From a virus (lineage: Duplodnaviria; Heunggongvirae; Uroviricota; Caudoviricetes): a stretch of 29,362 bases of DNA. The stretch is taken from the IMG/VR virus record IMGVR_UViG_3300028734_000016, one strand, 5' to 3'. The notes under the pieces were generated by a model, which was not told the origin of the DNA, searched no databases, and was given only the letters and a program-made list of their open reading frames with translations. The position numbers and the translations under genes were made by a program. Positions 18,465-27,652 of the stretch are shown one piece after another; position 1 is the first letter of the stretch; each line of letters begins with the position of its first letter.

Positions 18465-18749
18465 TTATTCTTCGTTTGAAAATAACTTATCAAAATTTTC
18501 TCTTAATTCGTTTAGTTCCAAATTTAAAGTATTTATGAAATATTCAAGAATATCTTGAGAGAAAACTTCAGTTGATATATCACCTGTGTTTAGTTCAACA
18601 TCTCCAACTCTGAAACCATTGATTGAATTTATTCCTATTATTTTAAATTCATTGCATTTGTTGATTGCCTGTAATTCAAAAATTGTTTTTTCTGTATTAT
18701 TAATTCTATATAATAAGCCCGCTGCTACTTCAAAATCATTTCTTTTCAT
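18465..18749 (-). CDS. hypothetical protein
   Basis: 94 aa ORF downstream of dnaJ. Confidence 0.7.
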   Translation of the reverse strand: MKRNDFEVAAGLLYRINNTEKTIFELQAINKCNEFKIIGINSINGFRVGDVELNTGDISTEVFSQDILEYFINTLNLELNELRENFDKLFSNEE

Positions 18750-18768
18750 ATTATGTAATTGTTTTTAT

Positions 18769-19761
18769 TTATATATTTAATTTATCATAGTCTATGATTA
18801 TATTTATTTTTAAATATAAATCTGCACGTTTACCATCCTGCTTCAATAAACCTTTTTCTTTTATTTTTATTGTGTCGTTATTTTTAGTTTTATTTGGTAA
18901 TTTTATTTCTAATTTTGAATCATCAACGTGTGTATAATTTATTTTGTTTCCATCAATAGCATCTTGAAAGTGTATGTCTAATGTTGATATCAAATCATAA
19001 TTATTTATAATGTTACATTTACTGTTATTTATACTGTTTATATTTAAAATTAGGCTACCTACTTTATCTTTGTAGTATTTTGATTGACTACCATAACCAT
19101 ATTGAACATTTCTGTTTGATCCCCTAATTTCTGAAATATTTTGTAAAAGTAGTTCTGTTTCTTTTATGATTACTTTTTCTCCATTACATTTTTTACATTT
19201 TCCGCTGTGTATTTTTCCAGTTCCTTGACAATATTCACAATCTCTGTTGTTATTTATTCCTGTACCATCACATACAACACAATCATATGATTCTCCAGAT
19301 TTATCAAATCCTGTGCCATCGCATTCATCACAATTTATAAATTTCTTATATTTTATTGTAATTTTATCATTTTTGTATATTTGCTTAAAATCTATATTGA
19401 CATTTATACTGATATCTAATTGCTCAGTGAATTCTTCTGATCTAAAAAAATTACCAAATGGACTATTTTCACCAAAGAAATGAGAGAATATGTCTTGCCC
19501 ACCACCAAAAAAACTTGAATTGAATGATGAATATGATTTACCATTAGGACTTCTTGTGTCATATTCTTGCTTTTTTGTATCGTCAGATAATACTTCATAT
19601 GCTTCTGATATGATTTTGAATTTTTCCTCACTATTTTTGTCACCTTGATTTTTATCTGGATGGTGTTTTAATGCTAATTTTCGATATTTCTTTTTGATTT
19701 CTTCATCAGATGAATCTTTATTTAATCCTAGATCTTTATAATAATCCTTATTATAGTCCAT
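18769..19761 (-). CDS. dnaJ: DnaJ molecular chaperone (J domain, short G/F linker, Zn-finger, CTD)
   Basis: KDYYKDLG...HHPDKN J domain; [31 protein letters not shown] repeats; C-terminal GKRADLY. Confidence 0.95.
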   Translation of the reverse strand: MDYNKDYYKDLGLNKDSSDEEIKKKYRKLALKHHPDKNQGDKNSEEKFKIISEAYEVLSDDTKKQEYDTRSPNGKSYSSFNSSFFGGGQDIFSHFFGENSPFGNFFRSEEFTEQLDISINVNIDFKQIYKNDKITIKYKKFINCDECDGTGFDKSGESYDCVVCDGTGINNNRDCEYCQGTGKIHSGKCKKCNGEKVIIKETELLLQNISEIRGSNRNVQYGYGSQSKYYKDKVGSLILNINSINNSKCNIINNYDLISTLDIHFQDAIDGNKINYTHVDDSKLEIKLPNKTKNNDTIKIKEKGLLKQDGKRADLYLKINIIIDYDKLNI

Positions 19762-19830
19762 TATATTATATTTTTATTTTATAATATTATATGAATTTTT
19801 ATTATAATTGTTTAGAAAAAATGTTATTGT

Positions 19831-20379
19831 TTAATTATTTTTACTTTTATATATTTTACAATGTGTTCTATTGATAATTATTCCATCAATAAATTCAAAA
19901 TAATCTTCTGTGATGATTGGGTATTTACTTGGTGATATTAAAATGAAATATTTACAGTTTAATGATAAATTATACATCAACTGATTAAAATATGAGTTGG
20001 TGCATAGATGAAGTGCATACGAACAGATAATTGTTTGTTTGTGTAAATTTAATCCATGTATTGCTATATCCTCGAATGAAAGTTTTAAACATTCATTTCC
20101 TGTTTTTTTTGTATAAATATTATTAAAATATGGATCTGTGCCAATTGCATCAATTATTCCATTTTTAGATAAATATTTGGTTATTTCTCCATTGCCACAT
20201 GACAAATCAATAAAGTTTGTTATATTAATTTTTTTTAAACACCAATTCAATACTAATTTGATATTATCTTCATGCGGATTAATATATGTTTCTTTATTAT
20301 CAGTATAATATTTTTTAATACCAATTTTTGTGTATTCATCTCTAATTCCATGTTCATGTATAGATTTGATGTGTTTCAT
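19831..20379 (-). CDS. small class I SAM-dependent methyltransferase-like protein
   Basis: FIDLSCGNGEIT motif I, IGTDPY, ICSYALHL; substrate unknown. Confidence 0.75.
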   Translation of the reverse strand: MKHIKSIHEHGIRDEYTKIGIKKYYTDNKETYINPHEDNIKLVLNWCLKKINITNFIDLSCGNGEITKYLSKNGIIDAIGTDPYFNNIYTKKTGNECLKLSFEDIAIHGLNLHKQTIICSYALHLCTNSYFNQLMYNLSLNCKYFILISPSKYPIITEDYFEFIDGIIINRTHCKIYKSKNN

Positions 20380-20475
20380 TAAAATTAATTATTTTTATTA
20401 TATATAAAATTAATTATTTTTATTTTATTTAGTTTATGATAATTAGTTTTTAATATATACTTAAAAATAACTTAT

Positions 20476-21363
20476 ATGATAGATAAAAAAATATGGACTA
20501 TTGAAAAATGCACTGAAGAAGCATTAAAATATAAAACTAAAAAAGAATTTAGGATAAAATGTAAACAAGTATATGGAATCTCAATTAGAAATAATTGGAT
20601 ATTTGATGTTTGTGCTCATATGAGAAAAAATAAATCATATATCTGGACAAAAGATTTTTGTCAAAAAGAATCTTTGAAGTTTAATAGTAGAAATGAATTT
20701 AGGAAAAATTCAAGTTATATTTATGGTAAATCATTAATATATGGATGGATAGATGAAATATGCTCACATATGAAGTGTATGGGTGATTTATATAAAAGAT
20801 GTATTTATGTTTATGAATTTTCTGATAACTATGCATATATTGGATTGACTTGTGATTTAGATAGACGATTTAATGAACATTTAAGAAAAGGCTCAGTTTA
20901 TGAACATATACAAAAAAATAATAATTATAAATTTAAAAAATTAAGTGAATATATTGATGTTTATTTATCAAAAATATTAGAAGAGGATTATGTTAATAAA
21001 TATAAAAATAATGATTGGAAAATTTTAAATAAGTGTAAAACAGGAGGAACAGGTGGTAAAAAATATTGGACAAAAGAATTATGTCAAATAGAAGCAAATA
21101 AATTTAATACAAAAGTTGAATTTAAAAAACAATCAGCATCAGCATATACAATTTCATTAAAAAATAAATGGTTAAAAGAAATATGTTTGCATATGACACC
21201 ATTAGTAAAACCAAATGGTTATTGGACAAAAGAATTATGTCAAATAGAAGCATTAAAATATAAGACTAGATCTGAATTTTATATGAAATCTATTAGTGCG
21301 TATTCTAAATCATATAAAAGTGGTTGGTTAAACGAGATTTGTTTTCATATGAATAAAAAATAA
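20476..21363 (+). CDS. GIY-YIG homing-type endonuclease with four 43-aa repeats
   Basis: RCIYVYEF...AYIGLT...RRFNEH...E...LN core flanked by WTxxxCxxExxK(Y/F)...W...C-x-HM repeats. Confidence 0.85.
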   Translation: MIDKKIWTIEKCTEEALKYKTKKEFRIKCKQVYGISIRNNWIFDVCAHMRKNKSYIWTKDFCQKESLKFNSRNEFRKNSSYIYGKSLIYGWIDEICSHMKCMGDLYKRCIYVYEFSDNYAYIGLTCDLDRRFNEHLRKGSVYEHIQKNNNYKFKKLSEYIDVYLSKILEEDYVNKYKNNDWKILNKCKTGGTGGKKYWTKELCQIEANKFNTKVEFKKQSASAYTISLKNKWLKEICLHMTPLVKPNGYWTKELCQIEALKYKTRSEFYMKSISAYSKSYKSGWLNEICFHMNKK

Positions 21364-21469
21364 AAATTGATATTAATTTACGGTGATATAAAAACTTGAT
21401 GCGTATTTTATCACTTTAATAATTTTTAACACCATATTTCTGATATTTTGATCTTATGCTATCCATATT

Positions 21470-21766
21470 TTATAAGTTAAATTTTTTTGTTTTTTTAATT
21501 AAAGCATAACCATTTTCATGATAATCTTGTTCAAAGTCTTGAGTTAATTCCAAAAAATCATTAAAATTTTCTAAATAATCTATTTGTTTATCTGTCAAAT
21601 CTTCTGATCCGTATTCATCCGCTGAAAAATGAGATAAGCCTTCAGCGTCTGTCCATAATTTATACAATTCAGATAGACTATCAAACATTGAGTTATCATA
21701 TCCTAATGATTTATTGTATGATATTTCATCTGATTCATTTAGTTGGTTAAATTTATTTATTTTCAT
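21470..21766 (-). CDS. tagged small acidic protein (MKINKFNQLNE...TKKFNL)
   Basis: 98 aa; both terminal motifs. Confidence 0.8.
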   Translation of the reverse strand: MKINKFNQLNESDEISYNKSLGYDNSMFDSLSELYKLWTDAEGLSHFSADEYGSEDLTDKQIDYLENFNDFLELTQDFEQDYHENGYALIKKTKKFNL

Positions 21767-22145
21767 CTTTTTCGTACATTTGAATTTTTTTGATATTGTT
21801 TTCTTCTATGTCTTGTAAATTTACTTCATAACTTGGTTCTTCTTCGTCATCATAATTGTCGTAATATCTTGCTGTGAAATTATCTATTATCTCATTTTCT
21901 TCCTTCATGAAACCATCAAATGATTCTACTTTTCTTAGTTTATTTTTCTTGTTTTTCTTATGTCTTTTCATATTTATAGCAGGTTTAGAATATGTGGCAA
22001 GAGTTTGACTAATATCACCAGAGCCAGTGGTACCTTGAGTTCCAGGAATACTTCCTGGTTGAGCAGCTACAATAGCGCCCATACCTCCTGTGTTACCGAG
22101 AGTGGCACACGCATCTTCTTTCATAAATTCTTCAAATTTTTTCAT
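21753..22145 (-). CDS. N-tagged Gly-rich protein (MKKFEEFMKE...)
   Basis: 130 aa; closest match to the T4 CTS MKTYQEFIAE. Confidence 0.8.
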   Translation of the reverse strand: MKKFEEFMKEDACATLGNTGGMGAIVAAQPGSIPGTQGTTGSGDISQTLATYSKPAINMKRHKKNKKNKLRKVESFDGFMKEENEIIDNFTARYYDNYDDEEEPSYEVNLQDIEENNIKKIQMYEKDENK

Positions 22146-22147
22146 AT

Positions 22148-22780
22148 TTATATATTGTATTTTTTTGTTGATATTTTAATTTCACATTCTTCTTTTGAAC
22201 CTATAAATTCAATTTTGTTATGTCTTTTTATTATAGGTAAATATATATTTTCTTCATCATTTAAAAAATTGCAAGATTTAAATTGCTCTTTCAAATTGTC
22301 TGGTATATTTTCATATTTTATCAAATAAGAAATTCCAACTGCTGATTTTCTTGATAAAACTATTTCTCCGGTATTATTCTGAACAAATGTATCTAATTCT
22401 TTTCTTATTCCTTTGGTTGAAGCGAATGAATACTCTTCAGAATCTTTCATTATAATATATTTTCCAATATTTTTATCATTGTTTACTATTCCCCAATTCC
22501 AACCAGAATCATCTATTTTTTCTGATATGAATCCTTCATTTCTGAATTTCTTGAACATTCTAAGTCTTCTTCTTTTCTCTTTTAATTCTTTTTTTGAATG
22601 CTTCATACTTTTATATGTGGTGAATGATGGTTCTCCAACAGCAGTGAATACAATGCCACTGGCTCCATTATTACCACCAGATTGCATATATCCTCTACCA
22701 AACGGAATCGAACCTACTCCTGCCTTTCCAGATGCATTACCTGATGATATTCCTTCTTCATATGTTTTTAAGTATTTCAT
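22148..22780 (-). CDS. tagged protein (MKYLKTYEE...TKKYNI)
   Basis: 210 aa; Gly-rich then basic N-terminal half. Confidence 0.85.
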   Translation of the reverse strand: MKYLKTYEEGISSGNASGKAGVGSIPFGRGYMQSGGNNGASGIVFTAVGEPSFTTYKSMKHSKKELKEKRRRLRMFKKFRNEGFISEKIDDSGWNWGIVNNDKNIGKYIIMKDSEEYSFASTKGIRKELDTFVQNNTGEIVLSRKSAVGISYLIKYENIPDNLKEQFKSCNFLNDEENIYLPIIKRHNKIEFIGSKEECEIKISTKKYNI

Positions 22781-23145
22781 AAGTTGAATTTTTGTGTCTT
22801 TTTAATTAGATTCCATTTTTTAATATCATCTTCGGTTATTTCAACTTTTCCCATATATTTGTTACCGTTTTCTATTGCAGTATCTTTTATGAAATCAGTA
22901 ACATGACTCCATGTTACTGATGTGCCTAAGTATGATAAATTTGTTTTAATAATATAAATATAAACTAATCCACTATTTTTTATGTAGGAGTTATTCATTC
23001 CATATATTTTTTCCTTTAACTCTTCATCAAAACCAAGTTTATTTAATGAGATTTCAAAATATGGTTCATCTGTATTTATTTCCCAAAATTTACCTTCTGC
23101 ATTAACATGTTCATCTATGTTCTCATATTTCTTAATATATTTCAT
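22777..23145 (-). CDS. tagged small protein (MKYIKKYE...TQKFNL)
   Basis: 122 aa; ATGA-coupled at both ends. Confidence 0.85.
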   Translation of the reverse strand: MKYIKKYENIDEHVNAEGKFWEINTDEPYFEISLNKLGFDEELKEKIYGMNNSYIKNSGLVYIYIIKTNLSYLGTSVTWSHVTDFIKDTAIENGNKYMGKVEITEDDIKKWNLIKKTQKFNL

Positions 23146-23465
23146 ATGTTGAATTTTTTTGATGATATTTCATAATCTGGAACCAATTCTAATTCATCTT
23201 CATATATCCATTGTCTTGAAAATGTGTCTATTGTTATGAAGCAAGTATATTTTTTAGTTTCAATACAATAATATTCTATTTTGTAGATATATTCATTGTT
23301 ATTTGTATTTATTTTAACATGATCTCCAATTTTAAATTTAGTATCTTTTGGTAATTTTTCATTATCACTAATCAAAAATGGTGAATCTTTTGATATTCCA
23401 TGATTTTTTAATTCATCTATTGATATTTTATTTATTTTTTCTTCAAATGATTTGATGTGTTTCAT
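23142..23465 (-). CDS. tagged small protein (MKHIKSFEE...SKKFNI), KFKIGDHV motif
   Basis: 107 aa. Confidence 0.85.
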   Translation of the reverse strand: MKHIKSFEEKINKISIDELKNHGISKDSPFLISDNEKLPKDTKFKIGDHVKINTNNNEYIYKIEYYCIETKKYTCFITIDTFSRQWIYEDELELVPDYEISSKKFNI

Positions 23466-23548
23466 ATGACTATTATATATTAATTTTTAATTATACTATT
23501 TTCTATGATGTGTTTTTTATATATACTTTAAAATAATAATAATTATAA

Positions 23549-24103
23549 ATGAAAAAACTTTTTGAAGAATATGTAGAATCTGCTGATTATAAAATAACAG
23601 TGTTTTTTAAAGAATTGAAATCTCAAATTGAAAGATGGTTTAATGAAGGTTCATTAGCTGCTCAAGGTTGCTCATTAGATGGACAAATAGATATTTCAAA
23701 TTCTAATCCAATGGAAAAATTTTTAATTTTTAATTTTTCTGAACCTATTGAAGAAACTAAAGATAAAGATTCTGAAGAAGAGGATTCGTTTTTTAGATAT
23801 AGAGTTATATTTATGGTTAGACTTGATGAGATGAAAGGTTCTGATAATTCTCAATCACAAGAACAAGGAGCTGCTCCTGTTGAAACTCCAGCTGAAGGTA
23901 AAGCATTAGAAATAAATAAAATATTGCTTAAAATTCACCAATTCAATGATGAAATGGAAGAAAAGGGTGAATTGGTAGAAGAAGTTGATGTTGAAGATAT
24001 AAAAGAAGATTTTATTATTGATAAATTAGGTCAATTGAAAGACAAATCAGATGATAAGGGAACAGATCAAAATGATTTAAAAGATAATGTTTATACACAA
24101 TGA
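23549..24103 (+). CDS. acidic hypothetical protein (MKKLFEEY...)
   Basis: 184 aa; N-tag-like start. Confidence 0.8.
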   Translation: MKKLFEEYVESADYKITVFFKELKSQIERWFNEGSLAAQGCSLDGQIDISNSNPMEKFLIFNFSEPIEETKDKDSEEEDSFFRYRVIFMVRLDEMKGSDNSQSQEQGAAPVETPAEGKALEINKILLKIHQFNDEMEEKGELVEEVDVEDIKEDFIIDKLGQLKDKSDDKGTDQNDLKDNVYTQ

Positions 24104-24552
24104 CAATAGTATCAAACACACAAATGTTGAATATATTTAGAAAGATTCCAATATTTAAAATGGATTTGGGTGTTAATTTTATTGATTTGAAGCAAGAAAC
24201 TGTTAGAATTAAAGATCCATTCATGAATAAATATTTGGAAATGACAGGTACACAAGTTATGACATATGGTTCAATAGGAAAATTAATATTTTATCAAGAT
24301 TTTACTTTATCATCAAAAGAATTTTATATATTTAATGATGATACTATTTATTCTATGATATATACTGATGATGATTCTAGAATGAGTCCAGAAAATTATT
24401 TAGCTTCTATAGTAAAAGAGATTAATGAAAAAGAAGGTATTAAAGATAATTCTGATAAAACTATTAAAAAAATAGATCCAAATATTAAATTACCTACAGA
24501 TCAATATATTGAAGAAATGATTAAGAAAAGAAAATTAAACGGAAATGGGTAA
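24100..24552 (+). CDS. hypothetical protein
   Basis: 150 aa; ATGA-coupled to the upstream gene. Confidence 0.8.
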   Translation: MTIVSNTQMLNIFRKIPIFKMDLGVNFIDLKQETVRIKDPFMNKYLEMTGTQVMTYGSIGKLIFYQDFTLSSKEFYIFNDDTIYSMIYTDDDSRMSPENYLASIVKEINEKEGIKDNSDKTIKKIDPNIKLPTDQYIEEMIKKRKLNGNG

Positions 24553-25777
24553 AAAAAGTAAAAATGATAATGTAATTGATAAAATTATTGTTAATAATCA
24601 TGGACTATTAGGATTAACACCGAATAAAGAAACTGTATATACTCAACCAGTTTCAAAAATAACCAGAATAAAAAATTTGGGTGATGTTACAGGTTATTCT
24701 GAGATTGTCACAGGAAGAACCAATACTCCAAATAAATCCATGTATAAATTTGGTGTAAATGATGATGTGACTGGAAAATCTGAATTGATTGTAGAAAGGA
24801 ATAAAACACCAAATAAAGAAATTGTATTTAATAATGTATCAGTGATTAAAACACCAGGTAATAAATCACTATTTAATAATATAGATATAATTAAAACTCC
24901 AAAAAATGAAATATTATACAATAATAATAAAATAGATAATTCATTAACTAATAGTGATTTGTATAAAAATATAGATTCAGTCAACAAATTAACAAATGAA
25001 GATTTATATAAAAATATAGGTTCAGATAATAAATTAATAAATGCTGATTTATATAAAAATATAGGTTCAGATAACAAATTAGTGAATGAAGATTTGTATA
25101 AAAATATAGGTTCAGATAACAAATTAGTGAATGAAGATTTGTATAAAAATATAGATTCTACCAACAATTTAACTGATGCAGATTTGTATAAAAATATAGA
25201 TTCTACCAACAATTTAACTAATGAAGATTTATATAAAAATATAGATTCTACCAACAAATTAACTAATGCAGATTTATATAAAAATATAGATTCTACCAAC
25301 AAATTAACTAATGCAGATTTATATAAAAATACAATTTTAGATAATAAATTAACTAATGAAGATTTATATAAAAATATAGGTTCAGATAACAAATTAATCA
25401 ATGAACAATTATTTGACGGTAAAGTTTTAGTGAGCAACAAATTAAACAATGAAAAATTATTTGATGATAATTTTATAGTAAATAATAAATTAACCAATGA
25501 AGATTTATATAAAAATGCAGTTTCAGATAACAAATTAAATAATGAACAATTGTTTGATGATAATGTTATAGTAAATAATAAATTAAATAATGAAAAATTA
25601 TTTGAAGATAATGTTATAGTAAATAATAAATTAGTGATGGAAAAATTATATAATGAGTCTAAAAAAGTTGATAATTCATTGAAAAATGATGTGATATATG
25701 ATAATAAAGATGACTCCACGTCAACTAAAAAATTGAAAAACGTTGAGACTTTGTATATTAATAGTAACATTGATTAA
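24545..25777 (+). CDS. tandem-repeat protein
   Basis: 410 aa; N-terminal TP-rich units followed by 15/16-aa repeats. Confidence 0.85.
   Translation: MGKKSKNDNVIDKIIVNNHGLLGLTPNKETVYTQPVSKITRIKNLGDVTGYSEIVTGRTNTPNKSMYKFGVNDDVTGKSELIVERNKTPNKEIVFNNVSVIKTPGNKSLFNNIDIIKTPKNEILYNNNKIDNSLTNSDLYKNIDSVNKLTNEDLYKNIGSDNKLINADLYKNIGSDNKLVNEDLYKNIGSDNKLVNEDLYKNIDSTNNLTDADLYKNIDSTNNLTNEDLYKNIDSTNKLTNADLYKNIDSTNKLTNADLYKNTILDNKLTNEDLYKNIGSDNKLINEQLFDGKVLVSNKLNNEKLFDDNFIVNNKLTNEDLYKNAVSDNKLNNEQLFDDNVIVNNKLNNEKLFEDNVIVNNKLVMEKLYNESKKVDNSLKNDVIYDNKDDSTSTKKLKNVETLYINSNID
24938..25672 (+). repeat. coding tandem repeat: 11 x 45-bp and 5 x 48-bp units
   Basis: NKLTNEDLYKNIxSx (15 aa) and NKLNNExLFDDNxIVN (16 aa) units, counted manually. 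Confidence 0.9.
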
Positions 25778-25801
25778 AAATTCTTAAAATATAAAAACAT
25801 T

Positions 25802-25833
25802 TTTGATTATCACATGATTAAGTATTATCTTTG
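25802..25833 (+). promoter_or_regulatory. Bacteroidota sigma70-type promoter
   Basis: TTTG (25802-25805)-N20-TATCTTTG (25826-25833), upstream of ATG 25863. Confidence 0.75.
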
Positions 25834-25862
25834 TATATAATTAATAATTAAAAAATATTATC

Positions 25863-26663
25863 ATGAGCATTCTAAATTATAATAGTTTTTCGGTTATGAA
25901 TCATAAAAATGAGCTAATTGAAAAGATCATTACTATAATAGAACCAACATTGGAGGATTTACTGATTAAATACGAAGAAAGTTTTTTTGAAGAAACTGGT
26001 AGGTATTTCACAGAATTTCAAAAAGAAAATACTCTACTATATTTAATATTTGATTTGGTTAAATCAATTGAAAAATATACTAAACCCACAGATAAACTTG
26101 TTAATTTGAGAACTAGATATTCCAACAAAGGAAATTTGGAGATTATTTCAGAAATAAAAAGAGATGGTATTCTTCATGATTTCTCTACTGAAGTTATAAT
26201 TGCAGGTGGTTATAATATTCAAAAAGCTCATTATAGATATATCACAAAAACTACTTTACCTCAAACTAACAATTCTGAACTGACTTCTCTTTATTCAGAA
26301 AAAATTAAGAAATTAAATAAAATTGAAAAACTTCAAAAGGATATAGAATATGACAAAACAATAATTTCTTCTTGTGAAAAAGAAATTTCAGAATCAATTA
26401 AATTGACTGATGAAGAAATATTTATTTTATTATCTAAAGAAGAATATGGTAGGCATTTATTGACTACTTGGGAAACATTGAGTTCTGATTCTTATGCTAA
26501 ACAGAACAACACAAAAGAAAGTTGGGAAAAAGGAAATAAAGAATATGTTGATAGTAGAATTGATAATTGGAAAAAAAGAAATATAAATTGGAAACAAGAT
26601 AGAATAAAGTCTGCTGAAATTTCAATCAAAAAATCTCAGGATAAAATAAATAAATTGAAATGA
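25863..26663 (+). CDS. hypothetical protein with coiled-coil C-terminal half
   Basis: 266 aa ORF. Confidence 0.8.
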   Translation: MSILNYNSFSVMNHKNELIEKIITIIEPTLEDLLIKYEESFFEETGRYFTEFQKENTLLYLIFDLVKSIEKYTKPTDKLVNLRTRYSNKGNLEIISEIKRDGILHDFSTEVIIAGGYNIQKAHYRYITKTTLPQTNNSELTSLYSEKIKKLNKIEKLQKDIEYDKTIISSCEKEISESIKLTDEEIFILLSKEEYGRHLLTTWETLSSDSYAKQNNTKESWEKGNKEYVDSRIDNWKKRNINWKQDRIKSAEISIKKSQDKINKLK

Positions 26664-27136
26664 TAGATAGTTATAATAGGTATAATTTAAATAATAATAT
26701 AGAAAAATTAGCAAAAACTATACTTAGAACTTTTTTACATATAATGAAAGGTGAGCATATTAATTGTGAATCAAAATGGTTTTCAGATGATAAATATCAG
26801 TTGATTTTTTATAAAGACAATTATACATTTAGTAAAATTTTTTACATTACATTTGAGATTAAAAATTGTGAATCTGAATTAGTTGAATATGATTCATATT
26901 CTATTTATGATCCATATGTTACTATAGAAGTTAAAAGTGGTAATAGTATAACAGATATGATAAGATGTGAAAAATTCTTATTGTTTATTAAAAATATACT
27001 TTTACCATATGATATAACTGGACAATATTATACTTTTTGTGGTTCAGTTGATATTGATGATATCCCATATTTAATAACAAAATTATCAATCAAGGAGTAT
27101 GATTTTTCAAATAATACAAAAAAATTCAATATTTGA
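26660..27136 (+). CDS. C-tagged protein (...TKKFNI)
   Basis: 158 aa; ATGA-coupled. Confidence 0.8.
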   Translation: MIDSYNRYNLNNNIEKLAKTILRTFLHIMKGEHINCESKWFSDDKYQLIFYKDNYTFSKIFYITFEIKNCESELVEYDSYSIYDPYVTIEVKSGNSITDMIRCEKFLLFIKNILLPYDITGQYYTFCGSVDIDDIPYLITKLSIKEYDFSNNTKKFNI

Positions 27137-27139
27137 TTT

Positions 27140-27616
27140 ATGATTCGAAAATATGAAGAACATGTAGTCTACACTGAAGAATTTTTATCTCACCTTGATA
27201 CTCACTATAAAGTAATTAAGTTAGGTGATAAAATTGTTGAATTTTTGAAGAGTGCTGATAGTAACTTGTTTTATTCGACTAATTCTCCTCCTGATTATGA
27301 ATATATGATAACTATTAATAGATTTAGTTATCCTACTTCAGAATTTGATGTTATTTTTTATATTCTTTTTACTATAACCAACAATACTGATATTAAAATA
27401 GATTTTCATTGGGGTAAATCAGTAAAAACATATCATAAAGATAAATGGAACACTGCTCTATTATTTTTAAGACATCTTATGTCATCAAAAGAAGATTATG
27501 GCGAGTATTATAGTTTTTCAACTGTTATTAAACAGAATGATATAAACAAAATTATTTCTGATGTGAATGTGGAGCATTTTAATTTTTATAAAGATACTTT
27601 AAAATTTAATTTATAA
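27140..27616 (+). CDS. tagged protein (MIRKYEE...LKFNL)
   Basis: 158 aa; possibly a distant paralogue of the preceding same-length gene. Confidence 0.8.
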   Translation: MIRKYEEHVVYTEEFLSHLDTHYKVIKLGDKIVEFLKSADSNLFYSTNSPPDYEYMITINRFSYPTSEFDVIFYILFTITNNTDIKIDFHWGKSVKTYHKDKWNTALLFLRHLMSSKEDYGEYYSFSTVIKQNDINKIISDVNVEHFNFYKDTLKFNL

Positions 27617-27652
27617 AAAAATACAATATCTAATTAGATATTGTATTTTTTT
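27615..27652. terminator. 38-bp perfect palindrome, likely bidirectional terminator
   Basis: AAAAAAATACAATATCTAATTAGATATTGTATTTTTTT at a convergent junction. Confidence 0.8.

Noticed and set aside
21364-21469. 16-codon minus-strand ORF (MDSIRSKYQKYGVKNY) and imperfect hairpin 21383-21414
   Set aside because: Too short and weak to support; may be a gene remnant or weak terminator.
24938-25672. CRISPR array
   Set aside because: Units are contiguous, in-frame multiples of 3 with no unique spacers; this is a coding tandem repeat.
24694-25770. 358-aa antisense ORF
   Set aside because: Shadow of the repeat gene; Leu/Ser/Phe-rich mirror translation with no independent signals.
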